Both the position numbers and the translations under genes were made by a program. Under the pieces are notes generated by a model that saw only the letters and a program-made list of their open reading frames with translations, was not told the DNA's origin and made no database searches. A stretch of 38,298 nucleotides of DNA. It comes from a virus (Duplodnaviria; Caudoviricetes). Where the stretch lies: the IMG/VR virus record IMGVR_UViG_3300043039_000107, positions 1 to 38,298 of that record; one strand, given 5' to 3'. Below are positions 7,321-17,037 of the stretch, in pieces. The stretch's first letter is position 1; each line of letters starts with the position of its first letter.

Positions 7321-8649
7321 TTACATTTGGAGTAAACGATCTAATGTGTCTGCCTCATCTTTATCAGTACGAACTTCAAAACTCTTAGAATCTACTCTTG
7401 GGTTTTCCATTGAGTATGTTTCAGAGTTCTTTGCTTTTATAAGATCTGTAAATAATACCGGTATGATCCTATAAAGATACTTATCAAAATTCTCATTTAT
7501 TTCTTCACGTTGCTTGTCTGTGAAGCCTGAAACTGAAACTAAAAGTTGTTCATCTTCTGTTATACAAATTAGTGAACCAAATGTAGTAATATTTTTACCC
7601 TTGCCAGCATTTTTACCGATTACACGTAAGTCTGCCTCTTTCTCATCTTTTACTTTTACTTGGAATCTTGAAGTAGTATTTTGCCAGAGACCGTCTGGAT
7701 GCTTAATTACAGTACCCTCGCCGCCCTTAGAACGTATCTCTTTGAAATGTTCTATTGCTTCAGCATAACTATACACTACTCGGTTAGGAACCACCTGTAA
7801 TATGTTTCTACGCATATAGCATATTTCTTTGAGCATAGCATACCTTACGGCATAAGGTTGTCCCTTCTCTTCACCTTCAAGTACTTTAAGGCTTACAATA
7901 TCCCAAAGGTTTAGAAATGGCTTCTCATTACTCTTGAAAGAACCGCCCTTCCGTACATGGTTTAGTATACCATTACCTGTACTTCGACTTAGAATTTTAT
8001 CATCACGTATAACTAAGATTTCACCATGTGCCTGATGTTTATTTGGGAAACAAAGATCAACTGCTTCAACAATTTCTTTAAAAGACTCAGGTGCATAAAA
8101 TTGACCTTTACGTGTCATTAATTGTACACTATCATTAAATGTTACATTTAAGAATGAACCATTAAGTTTTTCTTGGCTAATAACACCAGCAAGCCAAGGC
8201 CATTCAAATATATTTGTTTCTTTCGGCAGTGAGCATCGCATATAGCCAGGTACAGGTATTAGCTTAGGGTATGCCTTGTTGATCATTTTGGCATGAAATC
8301 CAGCTTTAAGATCCTTCTCAAGAATATATTGAAAGAGAGCTCTTGAGGGTCTATTTAGCTTAGAGAATAATGTATTTATTATATCTTTTGCAGAGTTGCC
8401 TGTAATAATCCTTTTTGAGAGATCATTGAGAATCATAAATGTACCTTCATCAAAATCCTCAAAACCAGGCTCTGCTGTTACAAATGAAAGGTTATTTATT
8501 CCAAATGTAACATAAGGATCATAGGCCAGCTGAATAACTCTACGAAAATCATCATCTTCAAGTAATTCACGTAACCAGTCAATTTTATCATTATTGCTTG
8601 GTGTCTCACTGATCATACATAAGAAATTCATAATTTCTGAGCTGGTCAT
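7321..8649 (-). CDS. ATP-dependent DNA ligase
   Basis: Motif I QEKLNG, motif III HGEI, motif IV GEGTVIK, motif V KVK; C-terminal OB-like region ending ENPR...VRTDK. Confidence 0.9.
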   Translation of the reverse strand: MTSSEIMNFLCMISETPSNNDKIDWLRELLEDDDFRRVIQLAYDPYVTFGINNLSFVTAEPGFEDFDEGTFMILNDLSKRIITGNSAKDIINTLFSKLNRPSRALFQYILEKDLKAGFHAKMINKAYPKLIPVPGYMRCSLPKETNIFEWPWLAGVISQEKLNGSFLNVTFNDSVQLMTRKGQFYAPESFKEIVEAVDLCFPNKHQAHGEILVIRDDKILSRSTGNGILNHVRKGGSFKSNEKPFLNLWDIVSLKVLEGEEKGQPYAVRYAMLKEICYMRRNILQVVPNRVVYSYAEAIEHFKEIRSKGGEGTVIKHPDGLWQNTTSRFQVKVKDEKEADLRVIGKNAGKGKNITTFGSLICITEDEQLLVSVSGFTDKQREEINENFDKYLYRIIPVLFTDLIKAKNSETYSMENPRVDSKSFEVRTDKDEADTLDRLLQM

Positions 8650-8665
8650 TCTTATTTACCCTCAT

Positions 8666-10591
8666 TTAGCGAATAGGACATGCACCAGATGCGCATTCAT
8701 CAAGTGCCTCAAAATCTGCATCAGTAATATTTGTAATCAATTTTGTGGATGCTACTAACTTATCATACTCCTCCTCAGTTATTTCTTCATAAGGTGCTTG
8801 ATCAAAACCATGATCAACCCTCAATAAGAATGAAAGACTCTTATGATAATCTTTATAATGTTTCTGTAAATATGCTTTAATCTCAGGCAATTCCTCCTTG
8901 GTATAATAGATAGTGCAAGATACGCTGTTATCAGACCATTCTTCTTGCATCCTCTTAATTTCACCCAATTGACGTATTGCTGTCATATCTTTTGCAAGTA
9001 CTGTACCTTCAGGGTATTTAAAAGGAAATGTAACTACAACAGTACCATAATCCTCTGACCCATCAAAGTTACGTACATATTCTACAGGGTAGTTACTCTT
9101 TTTACATATCTCAACCAAAGGATGCTCCGATGCAATTCTAATTCTCCGATACATGAATTGTGCAATTGCCGGATGGATTCCTGGAGTTACACCTGGTAAC
9201 AAACTAAGTGTACCAGAAGGTTTTACTGTAGTCAATTTAATAGATCTGTTAAAGTTATGCAAATCTGAATACTCAATATCGAAATCTCTAAGATACTCAT
9301 ATGCCTCATTAAGCCAACTACGTTGTTCTTCAGTAGCTTGGAGGATTCCTGTCATTCCAATCCCCATACGCATATTACGATGTACGACCTCTTCAGTCTC
9401 AGGATGATGTGATGGAAGCATCAATGAATGTTTATTTACACGGTAGAGTAATTCACAAATATCAAAAAGCTCTTCTTTAGACTCTACATTAGGAAGAAAT
9501 ACTTCTGCTAAACAGCATGTCTCAAAAGGCTCTAGAGACTGTTCTGCACAAGGATTGTATCCTTGAATATTAAAATCCGGATATTGGAATTCACCGATAC
9601 GCCCACATTTGCGTGAAAGTTTAAGGTTTATTAACCCATATGGTTCTCCTTTGCCTTCATAACCTTCCCAAAAGTAATCATGCAAATCTTCAATATCATT
9701 ACATGCTACGGAGTTATTAGACATAGCACGCCATTTAGGAATATTGCCCATATCCCATCGCTTAGCAAGAAGAAACTCTACATCATCAGGGTCTCCAATT
9801 GCAATTTGAGCACTACGTCGAACATTACCGGCTACAATAATATGCCCGATAAGATTCATTATATCGAGTGCATCAATAGGTCGGATCTGACGACCTCGAC
9901 GTTTACTAAGAATTTTTGAAATTTCTGCAATACCCCAACAAAGATCTTCGGGGCCGGAAGCTACACCACCGAAACCTTTGATGGGTGTACCTTTACCTCG
10001 CACCACCATAGTGCAATATGTGAAAGTGCCTTTATTTGGTGTCTTTGACAAGAAGGCAGCTTTAAGTGTTTTACCAAGCAGTCTTACCCAACCTTCGCGC
10101 GAATCGGGTACAATAAAGTCTGCTCCAGGATCATCCACACGAGTAGGTGCTGAGAACCAATCACGTACTTTTGGAAGTTTACTGACATGTTCTCTCTGAA
10201 TATTATACCCGACACCTGAACCTAAGGCAAGCATATCCATACACCACGTAAACGGTCTGATAGGATCATCTACGACAGTGAAAGCACAATTTTGAAGCGA
10301 TGCTAGACCTAAACGATCAACAGTTTTTGTCCCTGCCTGCCAAAGATATCGACCTGCAACTGAACATTTAAGACTAAGCAAATACTCGGCCAATCGATAC
10401 TCTTCATCTTCTGTAAAACCACAGTGGAATTGATGACGACAAGCATTAAGAATACGCATTATGGTATCTTGATACTCTTCCGTTGCATCAGTACCATTTT
10501 CAAGAGGCCTTGCATATGTCCTCTTATATGTCAAATAACCGATAGTACTCCACTTAGGTTCAATCTTCGGCAAATCTTCTTTCTTAAGCAT
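8666..10591 (-). CDS. nrdJ: class II adenosylcobalamin-dependent ribonucleotide reductase, monomeric RTPR type
   Basis: LQNCAF, AGNVRRSA, NPCAEQSL, CCLAE, VKPSGT and C-terminal CASGACPIR. Confidence 0.93.
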   Translation of the reverse strand: MLKKEDLPKIEPKWSTIGYLTYKRTYARPLENGTDATEEYQDTIMRILNACRHQFHCGFTEDEEYRLAEYLLSLKCSVAGRYLWQAGTKTVDRLGLASLQNCAFTVVDDPIRPFTWCMDMLALGSGVGYNIQREHVSKLPKVRDWFSAPTRVDDPGADFIVPDSREGWVRLLGKTLKAAFLSKTPNKGTFTYCTMVVRGKGTPIKGFGGVASGPEDLCWGIAEISKILSKRRGRQIRPIDALDIMNLIGHIIVAGNVRRSAQIAIGDPDDVEFLLAKRWDMGNIPKWRAMSNNSVACNDIEDLHDYFWEGYEGKGEPYGLINLKLSRKCGRIGEFQYPDFNIQGYNPCAEQSLEPFETCCLAEVFLPNVESKEELFDICELLYRVNKHSLMLPSHHPETEEVVHRNMRMGIGMTGILQATEEQRSWLNEAYEYLRDFDIEYSDLHNFNRSIKLTTVKPSGTLSLLPGVTPGIHPAIAQFMYRRIRIASEHPLVEICKKSNYPVEYVRNFDGSEDYGTVVVTFPFKYPEGTVLAKDMTAIRQLGEIKRMQEEWSDNSVSCTIYYTKEELPEIKAYLQKHYKDYHKSLSFLLRVDHGFDQAPYEEITEEEYDKLVASTKLITNITDADFEALDECASGACPIR

Positions 10592-10611
10592 TTTTACTCC
10601 TTGAAGGGTGG

Positions 10612-12270
10612 TTATAATACGTGGAATTCTTCAGATACAGGAGCTTTACAAGCTTGTAACCTTCCGGTTTCATAGATGTATCTAGCCCCTTTAACATTAC
10701 CTGTCAAGCCAGTATAACGACATTTTAAAACTTGCATAAGAATAGTATTTCTTTCTACTTCATCTACTGCAATCATATTCCTAGCAAATGCGACAATGTC
10801 AAAGGATATCTGTTTAATGGAACCTGAACCTCTTATATCATCAATTGATGGTAACTTACCTTCCTCAAATGTTTTACCACCACCTGGTGCTTTTCTGAGA
10901 TGTGATATCAAACCAATCCAAACAGGATATCGCTTAACCAATCTCAAGAGGTCATTCATAATTTTATCTTGTGCTTCATTTCCCCGAAGATCTTCAACGC
11001 CTTCTGAAACAAGGATTGTTATATGATCTATATAAATATATTTACAACCCATTAAGCACATGTATTCTAATTGGTCGACTAAACTGTTGTCAGTTATAGA
11101 ACCGTGATGATCAAGTAGAAGGACTTTATCTTCACCAAACACTTGATCGAAGCCAATTTTTAGTTCGTCTAAAGGTATTTCTTCTTTTGCTGGATTGCGA
11201 TTGATTGCCATACCAGCTAATTTTCTAGCTGTTTCTGGTGGCCCTTCTTCTAGTGCAATTATTCCAACTTTTTCATCATTTTCAAGGTTACACTTTACAT
11301 CATCTAAAATACATTCACGAATAATTGTACTCTTACCCGATCCAGTTCCTGAGATGAACAATGTAATTTCACCAAGCCTCTTACCTTTTGTCTTGGTATT
11401 AACTCCTTCTAAACATTCTGGGAAAGCAACAGAGGCTATTGAATTGTACTCCTCTAAACTCTCCCATAATTTTTCTTTACCAATAATACCCGCAGGTACA
11501 TAAGGAGCAGCATCAAATATTACTTGATTTAACCTATCGCTACCATGTTTTACGAGTATATCATTTGGATCATTTTCAGGTAGTTTTGCTATTTTAACTT
11601 TATCGAAACCAATGATACGTATGGCTTCTGATTTGGCTTTTTCACCTGCCTCGTCTTCATCCATACATAAGACAACTTCTTTAAAAGATCTAAGCCAATC
11701 TCGATTCTCTAAAAGAGACTTAGTCATTACAGATGATGATAATGCTACTACCGGGTATATCTTACCCCATCGATCAAGTGAAGCTTGAGCAACACTTAAT
11801 GCATCAATTTCGCCCTCTGTAACAACAACACGTCTACCACCTCCGTTAAATTTATCAATACCAAATAGATTAGACGACTTATTAGCCCATACAAAATTCT
11901 TTGGAAGTTTTCTTATTTTAAAAGCTGTCCCATTATCATAAGGATAATAATGTGTATCTATCTCACCGCTCTCATTGTAAGAAACTTTAACTCCGAAAAA
12001 TTCTGTAACAGTCTTCGTAATGTCTCTCTCACGAAACCCTCTTATCGGTAATTCTTTAATTTCTAATATTGATAATTTCTTATTTAAAGACGGTATTTTT
12101 GGAACTTTTGGTGCCTTGTTTACAGGTTCAAAATCTTCATCGGCACCTTTTGGGAACCACTTTTGACATGAGAAACAAAATGATGTACCATCCTCATAAA
12201 TCTGCCTTGCATCAGATGAGCCACAATCAGGGTCTATGCAGGGTTGGTGAGCTTTTACGATTTTACCCAT
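10612..12270 (-). CDS. T7 gp4-like primase-helicase
   Basis: N-terminal Zn finger (C..DC...CFSC), TOPRIM TEGEIDA and DxD, Walker A SGTGSGKS, IDHI, RGSGSIKQ. Confidence 0.95.
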   Translation of the reverse strand: MGKIVKAHQPCIDPDCGSSDARQIYEDGTSFCFSCQKWFPKGADEDFEPVNKAPKVPKIPSLNKKLSILEIKELPIRGFRERDITKTVTEFFGVKVSYNESGEIDTHYYPYDNGTAFKIRKLPKNFVWANKSSNLFGIDKFNGGGRRVVVTEGEIDALSVAQASLDRWGKIYPVVALSSSVMTKSLLENRDWLRSFKEVVLCMDEDEAGEKAKSEAIRIIGFDKVKIAKLPENDPNDILVKHGSDRLNQVIFDAAPYVPAGIIGKEKLWESLEEYNSIASVAFPECLEGVNTKTKGKRLGEITLFISGTGSGKSTIIRECILDDVKCNLENDEKVGIIALEEGPPETARKLAGMAINRNPAKEEIPLDELKIGFDQVFGEDKVLLLDHHGSITDNSLVDQLEYMCLMGCKYIYIDHITILVSEGVEDLRGNEAQDKIMNDLLRLVKRYPVWIGLISHLRKAPGGGKTFEEGKLPSIDDIRGSGSIKQISFDIVAFARNMIAVDEVERNTILMQVLKCRYTGLTGNVKGARYIYETGRLQACKAPVSEEFHVL

Positions 12271-12464
12271 TTAGTCACCTTATAAATAACGATTGAACAC
12301 AAGGGTATTACACACGTATAGAAGATAATTAGTGTAATGAACCCTACAATAATGACTTCTATCAATGATTTAAAATTTGTATTGATAACAAGGATAGCGT
12401 TGAATAATATAGCAATTAAAAGCAGTACAATTCTTTCTACATCTTGTCTAATATTTTTCATCAA
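12255..12464 (-). CDS. small two-TM membrane protein
   Basis: Two hydrophobic segments; overlaps both neighbours. Confidence 0.6.
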   Translation of the reverse strand: MMKNIRQDVERIVLLLIAILFNAILVINTNFKSLIEVIIVGFITLIIFYTCVIPLCSIVIYKVTKWVKS

Positions 12465-12942
12465 ATATACCCCATGAGACTGCTCTTTGCAGCCGTTCTT
12501 TGTGACGTTCAGTTATTTGCTCACGTACATTCCAAGATACACTCTCCAATCTTTTATTATACCATTCTTCCTTTGTTGGTGCCTCAACTAGACATAATGA
12601 CCATGTTTCAGCGTATGTCAAGCATCCCTTGGTTTTATACTGCTCAATACATATGAACTCAAATTCATCCAGGGGCCTTTCTCTAAAAAGATCTGCCATT
12701 AATTTAGAGGATGTTTTGTAAGTCTTCCAGTTAGACTCTTTACCTCTATTGATTTTACCTGTACCTCTGAATAGTTTCTTACCTAAATAGAAACGGCGTA
12801 AGTAAGCATCTCTAATAATATAGATGAAACCTACGCCGTCTCCCATTTGTTCCGGAAAGTGCCAATGCCCATTAAGAAACTTAGGCAGGACCAACTTGTT
12901 GTTCGATTGTGAATGTGAAGTTACCTTTGGAACTTTTAGCAT
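12448..12942 (-). CDS. GIY-YIG-like endonuclease
   Basis: GFIYII...FYLGKK...ESNWKTY, later E and YN residues. Confidence 0.65.
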   Translation of the reverse strand: MLKVPKVTSHSQSNNKLVLPKFLNGHWHFPEQMGDGVGFIYIIRDAYLRRFYLGKKLFRGTGKINRGKESNWKTYKTSSKLMADLFRERPLDEFEFICIEQYKTKGCLTYAETWSLCLVEAPTKEEWYNKRLESVSWNVREQITERHKERLQRAVSWGIFDEKY

Positions 12943-13240
12943 GAAATACCTTCTTTATTGTCCTAGAGAAGGCTGAAATACCAGTAAAAGTGGGCTCATT
13001 AGACACTGACGATAATGTAACTTCGTAATCAATTGGGTTACCTTGTAATTCAAAGAGGGTATCATAAGCTTTTTCAAGATTGATGTGATACCTATCTTTA
13101 ATTACTGCAGTATTCATTGAAATCACAACGTCCGCTAGAGCCATTATCTCACTTGATATGAAATTCGCATTCTCTAGAAGTTTAAGTATCAAGCTGTCTT
13201 GAAAATAATATACAGCATTTTCCATTTTAAGTTTAATCAT
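12881..13240 (-). CDS. hypothetical protein
   Basis: 119-aa ORF; AAGGGA upstream. Confidence 0.65.
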   Translation of the reverse strand: MIKLKMENAVYYFQDSLILKLLENANFISSEIMALADVVISMNTAVIKDRYHINLEKAYDTLFELQGNPIDYEVTLSSVSNEPTFTGISAFSRTIKKVFHAKSSKGNFTFTIEQQVGPA

Positions 13241-13267
13241 TTAAGATCCCTTAATCTTAAAGTATTA

Positions 13268-14095
13268 CTAAAATACTAATTCTTGGATTATCGGCCAATG
13301 AGAGATATCCCAAAAGTCTTCGACATGATTCTGGATATTTAATAGTTTACCATTTAGAAGCAAGGCTTCATACCAAAGATCTGGACCAAATGCGATCAAG
13401 TATTGTTCAACTATAGCTTCTTGAAAAGCTTGTTCATCATTTAAATCTTTGAGTGTATTTGTAGCTTTTACAGGGCCAATTCCGGGAATTCCCGGAATAT
13501 TATCTGTAGGATCTCCTTTTAAAAGTTGTTCATAGAAATGCCTACAAGCTTCTTCTTTTGAAATTACAGATAATTCCTTTTTGGTAATATTGTAATATTT
13601 ACCAGGAATACACTTGAGATCTTTATCTGATGTACAGATGATAAAATCTCTACCTGCTGCTTTTGCTTCATTAGCCCAAATTCTAACTAAATCATCAGCC
13701 TCACGACCATGTGCATTGACTGCCAAGTCCTCAGCTACAGCCAGCTGACGAATTATTGGAACAAATGGATTTCGACCTCTAGGGTTTCGTTTACGATTAG
13801 CTTTATAGTCTGGATAGATTATGTCCCTATAGTTATCTTCGCCTTTGACAGCCATTACATAATCTGTACAAAACACATCTTCAATAAGTTCATTAAACTG
13901 AACTTGAAAGTTATGCCAGGACTTCTCCAGATACTTACGTTTATCTGGAGTTGACATTTCAGGATGGATCTGATGACCATCTGTGTCATATGTAATCACA
14001 GCAGTATCATTTTTGGCTAAGAAATCTGGACGATAGGGACAAGCATTATGACAGATTATATCACCATCAATTATTGCTAATAACCCTTTATTCAT
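13268..14095 (-). CDS. 5'-3' exonuclease (T7 gp6/FEN family)
   Basis: IDGD, YKANR, EADD, SDKDL and GDPTDNIPGIPGIG motifs. Confidence 0.93.
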   Translation of the reverse strand: MNKGLLAIIDGDIICHNACPYRPDFLAKNDTAVITYDTDGHQIHPEMSTPDKRKYLEKSWHNFQVQFNELIEDVFCTDYVMAVKGEDNYRDIIYPDYKANRKRNPRGRNPFVPIIRQLAVAEDLAVNAHGREADDLVRIWANEAKAAGRDFIICTSDKDLKCIPGKYYNITKKELSVISKEEACRHFYEQLLKGDPTDNIPGIPGIGPVKATNTLKDLNDEQAFQEAIVEQYLIAFGPDLWYEALLLNGKLLNIQNHVEDFWDISHWPIIQELVF

Positions 14096-14473
14096 TTAAG
14101 CCTCCAGAAATTTATTTGATACTAACCATTCATGTACCCTGGACCAATCAACATACGGTTTAAGAGTATCTCCAATAATTAACGGAACCCCGCATGCAGC
14201 ATCATCAATATAGAGTTCAGCATGAATTTTAGGGCTAATTGACCAATATTTTTGGCCAGGATTTTTATTAATTCCCCATAGATCAATTCCACGCTCTTTA
14301 AACCATTTTACAGCTGCCTTTAATTCTGCGCCCGTCCGCATTGTATGTAAAATTAATCTATGATTTTTTGCAATTAGCTTTAAAAGAACTTCTTCTGCTC
14401 CGATAGACTCTCCAATTTCAGGATAACAATGTTTCACACAAGTTCCATCAAAATCGATAGCTATTACTGCCAT
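14096..14473 (-). CDS. HAD-superfamily hydrolase
   Basis: IAIDFDGT, LHTMR and K..A..YIDD motifs. Confidence 0.85.
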   Translation of the reverse strand: MAVIAIDFDGTCVKHCYPEIGESIGAEEVLLKLIAKNHRLILHTMRTGAELKAAVKWFKERGIDLWGINKNPGQKYWSISPKIHAELYIDDAACGVPLIIGDTLKPYVDWSRVHEWLVSNKFLEA

Positions 14474-14500
14474 GTTGTGCTCCTTAAAATGATATATTAT

Positions 14501-14688
14501 TCAAGCATTTAGTACAACTAGGTAGATATGAAATACTTTTACGTTGTCTGTAGAATGTTTTCCGCATACGGCAACTACTGCATACTTCACAGTGTTTTTA
14601 GTGACTATTACAGTCGTGCCCAGCACAAGATGGTTTATTTCCCCTATGCGTTGTATATCGACGGTAAGCTGTAATAGGGGAAATCCAT
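14501..14688 (-). pseudogene. possible frameshifted small gene (62 aa with one extra C or a -1 slip)
   Basis: AAGGAG RBS and ATG give only 14 codons; the -1 frame is open to TGA at 14501. Confidence 0.35.
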
Positions 14689-14698
14689 ATAGTTCTCC

Positions 14699-16567
14699 TT
14701 AGTGAATCTCAAGCCAATCTTTACCAACTTTACCGTCACCATCCATGATATCTACTCCAAATAATTTCGGGCCTTCTTTAAAGGCTTTAATACCTAACTC
14801 CATTGCTCTCTGCTTGTGCTCTTCTGGTACAGCAAAATCTAGCTCATCATGCATGAAAATACATGGGAGATATGGTATATTCTCTTCTTTTAGATAACGT
14901 CTGAGAAGAAGACATGCAGCTGCACATGTAATTTTTTCGGTAGATTGCAAGAGATAAACCAAGAGTTTATGATATGAATCCACATAGATACGTGTGCCTG
15001 CAAGTGAAGGGATGTAGCCTTCGCCGCTTTGCTTAGTCTTTGAAAAGATTGCCTTAAGTTTATCGAGCAACTCTTTAAATCCTGGCACAGACTTTTGAAA
15101 TCCATTCTTAAGCTTAGCCCCCTTCTTATCATCAACGGTGTCGAAGATATAACTCCAAAGTTTACCTCCAGCAGCACCAAATAAGAAAGCATAAAGTATA
15201 CGCTTTGCTCTGGGTCTAATTACTGTATGATCTATGCCCATGGATTTTAATACTTCAGTTAATCTATCGGCATTAAATTGATGTATGTCACCATTTAAGA
15301 TTACATCAATAAATCTTTCATCTGCTATGAAATGCGCTAAACCACGTACTTGATTACCCTTAGAGTCACAACCTACAAGACTCCATCCAGGTGGACATGA
15401 GAACAATCGTCTCATCTCTGGACCCCAAGCACTATCACCTGAGGGGACGTTCACAATGATTTGGTGTCGCATCCGCATACTTGGTGTGCCTATTGTAAAA
15501 CATTCACCATGTAGATTATCATTTTCATCTACATTTTCTACCCAAGTCTTTACTACACCATATCTTGATCTTACAGTTAAGAAGTCAGTATATAATTTAC
15601 CGTCACCACCGAGAAATTCAAGACTATCTTCAGTTATCTTTGGAGATGTCTTGTATCTCTCGCCAGTCTCCGGATCATGTTTATAGTTCCATTGAGTCGG
15701 TTCCCAGCCATTACGAAATAGAAAAAGTTTAACATCATCAGTGGATGTTAAGCTTAATGGTACAAATTTAACTCTTGAATAGGGACCTCTTATGAGTCTT
15801 TCCTCACCCTCAAAGCCTGAACAAGGATGTACACCAAACCAATCTGCAGTGGACTTATGATAGAATCCTTGTTTAGTCCATTTAGGTTCCTTCCAAGGAA
15901 CCTCACCTTTGCATTTATCGACGGCTACACACTTAATTCCCAATTTTGCTGATAGAATTTCATGTGCTTTATTCATTTCTGCTTCAAGTGTACTTAATAA
16001 TGCCTTGGCATCATTTGTCTTAAAGGGCCATCCTTTTTCACGACATTCAGCACACCACCATGATACCGAATGTTCAGCTTGAAGGTACGTTTTGATACTT
16101 TGATTACGTTCTAGAATATAAAAGAATTCATCTAAAACTGTGTCATATATTCTAATATTTAAGTCAACATCAGATACACACCTCGTGTACATTTCAGGTG
16201 AATATTGTGTCCAATCTTCATGTGCCTGTTTAGGTTGTCCAAAGTGCTCACCCCAGACTTCCATACTATGGCCTTTGTTTCCAAACCTCTTATAATCAAG
16301 AACTTGTGACATAATCATGGTATCATGTACTTTTTCTTGATCATTGAGTTCAAAACCATAGACTTTCTTTAAAGCTGGAAAGTCAAAATCAATCACATTA
16401 TGACCAATTAACAAATCAGCATTTTGAAATACGTCAACCCATCCGAGGTCGCCTTCAAGCCATACTTGTTTCTTTGACGTATCTAGATCATGTGCTACAA
16501 TAATCCATACTCTTGTTAATTCATCTAACAAGCCATCTGTTTCTATGTCAAAGACAAAACGTGACAT
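14699..16567 (-). CDS. family A DNA polymerase with 3'-5' exonuclease domain (T7 gp5-like)
   Basis: Exo I FDIETDG, Exo II HN...FD, Exo III C..D; motif A GCDSKGNQVR, motif B RAKRILYAFLFG, motif C HDE. Confidence 0.95.
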   Translation of the reverse strand: MSRFVFDIETDGLLDELTRVWIIVAHDLDTSKKQVWLEGDLGWVDVFQNADLLIGHNVIDFDFPALKKVYGFELNDQEKVHDTMIMSQVLDYKRFGNKGHSMEVWGEHFGQPKQAHEDWTQYSPEMYTRCVSDVDLNIRIYDTVLDEFFYILERNQSIKTYLQAEHSVSWWCAECREKGWPFKTNDAKALLSTLEAEMNKAHEILSAKLGIKCVAVDKCKGEVPWKEPKWTKQGFYHKSTADWFGVHPCSGFEGEERLIRGPYSRVKFVPLSLTSTDDVKLFLFRNGWEPTQWNYKHDPETGERYKTSPKITEDSLEFLGGDGKLYTDFLTVRSRYGVVKTWVENVDENDNLHGECFTIGTPSMRMRHQIIVNVPSGDSAWGPEMRRLFSCPPGWSLVGCDSKGNQVRGLAHFIADERFIDVILNGDIHQFNADRLTEVLKSMGIDHTVIRPRAKRILYAFLFGAAGGKLWSYIFDTVDDKKGAKLKNGFQKSVPGFKELLDKLKAIFSKTKQSGEGYIPSLAGTRIYVDSYHKLLVYLLQSTEKITCAAACLLLRRYLKEENIPYLPCIFMHDELDFAVPEEHKQRAMELGIKAFKEGPKLFGVDIMDGDGKVGKDWLEIH

Positions 16568-16986
16568 TAGACCTCCGATAAAATTCTATCTATCTCGCTT
16601 ACATTTAGAGGTTGACACCCATTTGCTACATATGCTACTAGTGCTTTCATATACCAGAGTGCCTTCTTCAATTCTTGTAATTCAGTATCTTTTTGCCCAT
16701 TACGATCCAGATATTTTCTAACTTGAAGTTCAAGTGCTGCTTTAAATTTTTCCGGTGATTTCAATGTAGGGATTCGACTCATTGCTTCAATCCATTGTAA
16801 TTCCTCGATATATCCCTGATAATGCGATGGATTTATTGCACTTTCTATTTGTTCATTTACAAGATTTTTAAATTCTTGAGCCTTTTTGAATTCATCATGT
16901 GAAGCCTGGATACTTGTATTAATATTGTTTATAGACTTCATAGAACCTTGCGGGATATTACTCTTTATAACATCTTTATCAGTCAT
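16567..16986 (-). CDS. DUF3310 / T7 gp1.7-like protein (possible nucleotide kinase)
   Basis: INPSHY...IEA...KYLDR.G.K...ELKKALWY signature. Confidence 0.7.
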   Translation of the reverse strand: MTDKDVIKSNIPQGSMKSINNINTSIQASHDEFKKAQEFKNLVNEQIESAINPSHYQGYIEELQWIEAMSRIPTLKSPEKFKAALELQVRKYLDRNGQKDTELQELKKALWYMKALVAYVANGCQPLNVSEIDRILSEV

Positions 16987-16991
16987 ACTAA

Positions 16992-17028
16992 CTCCATTTT
17001 AAAGGGGCTACCTTTTACAGTAGCCCCT
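16992..17028 (-). terminator. hairpin with UGUAAAAG loop next to an RBS (copy 2)
   Basis: Stem 17003-17011/17020-17028 just after the SSB stop. Confidence 0.6.
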
Positions 17029-17037
17029 ATAGGTCAA

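Noticed and set aside
8666-16567. Inteins or introns in RNR, helicase or polymerase
   Set aside because: Lengths are ordinary, motifs are contiguous and no intein terminal motifs were seen.
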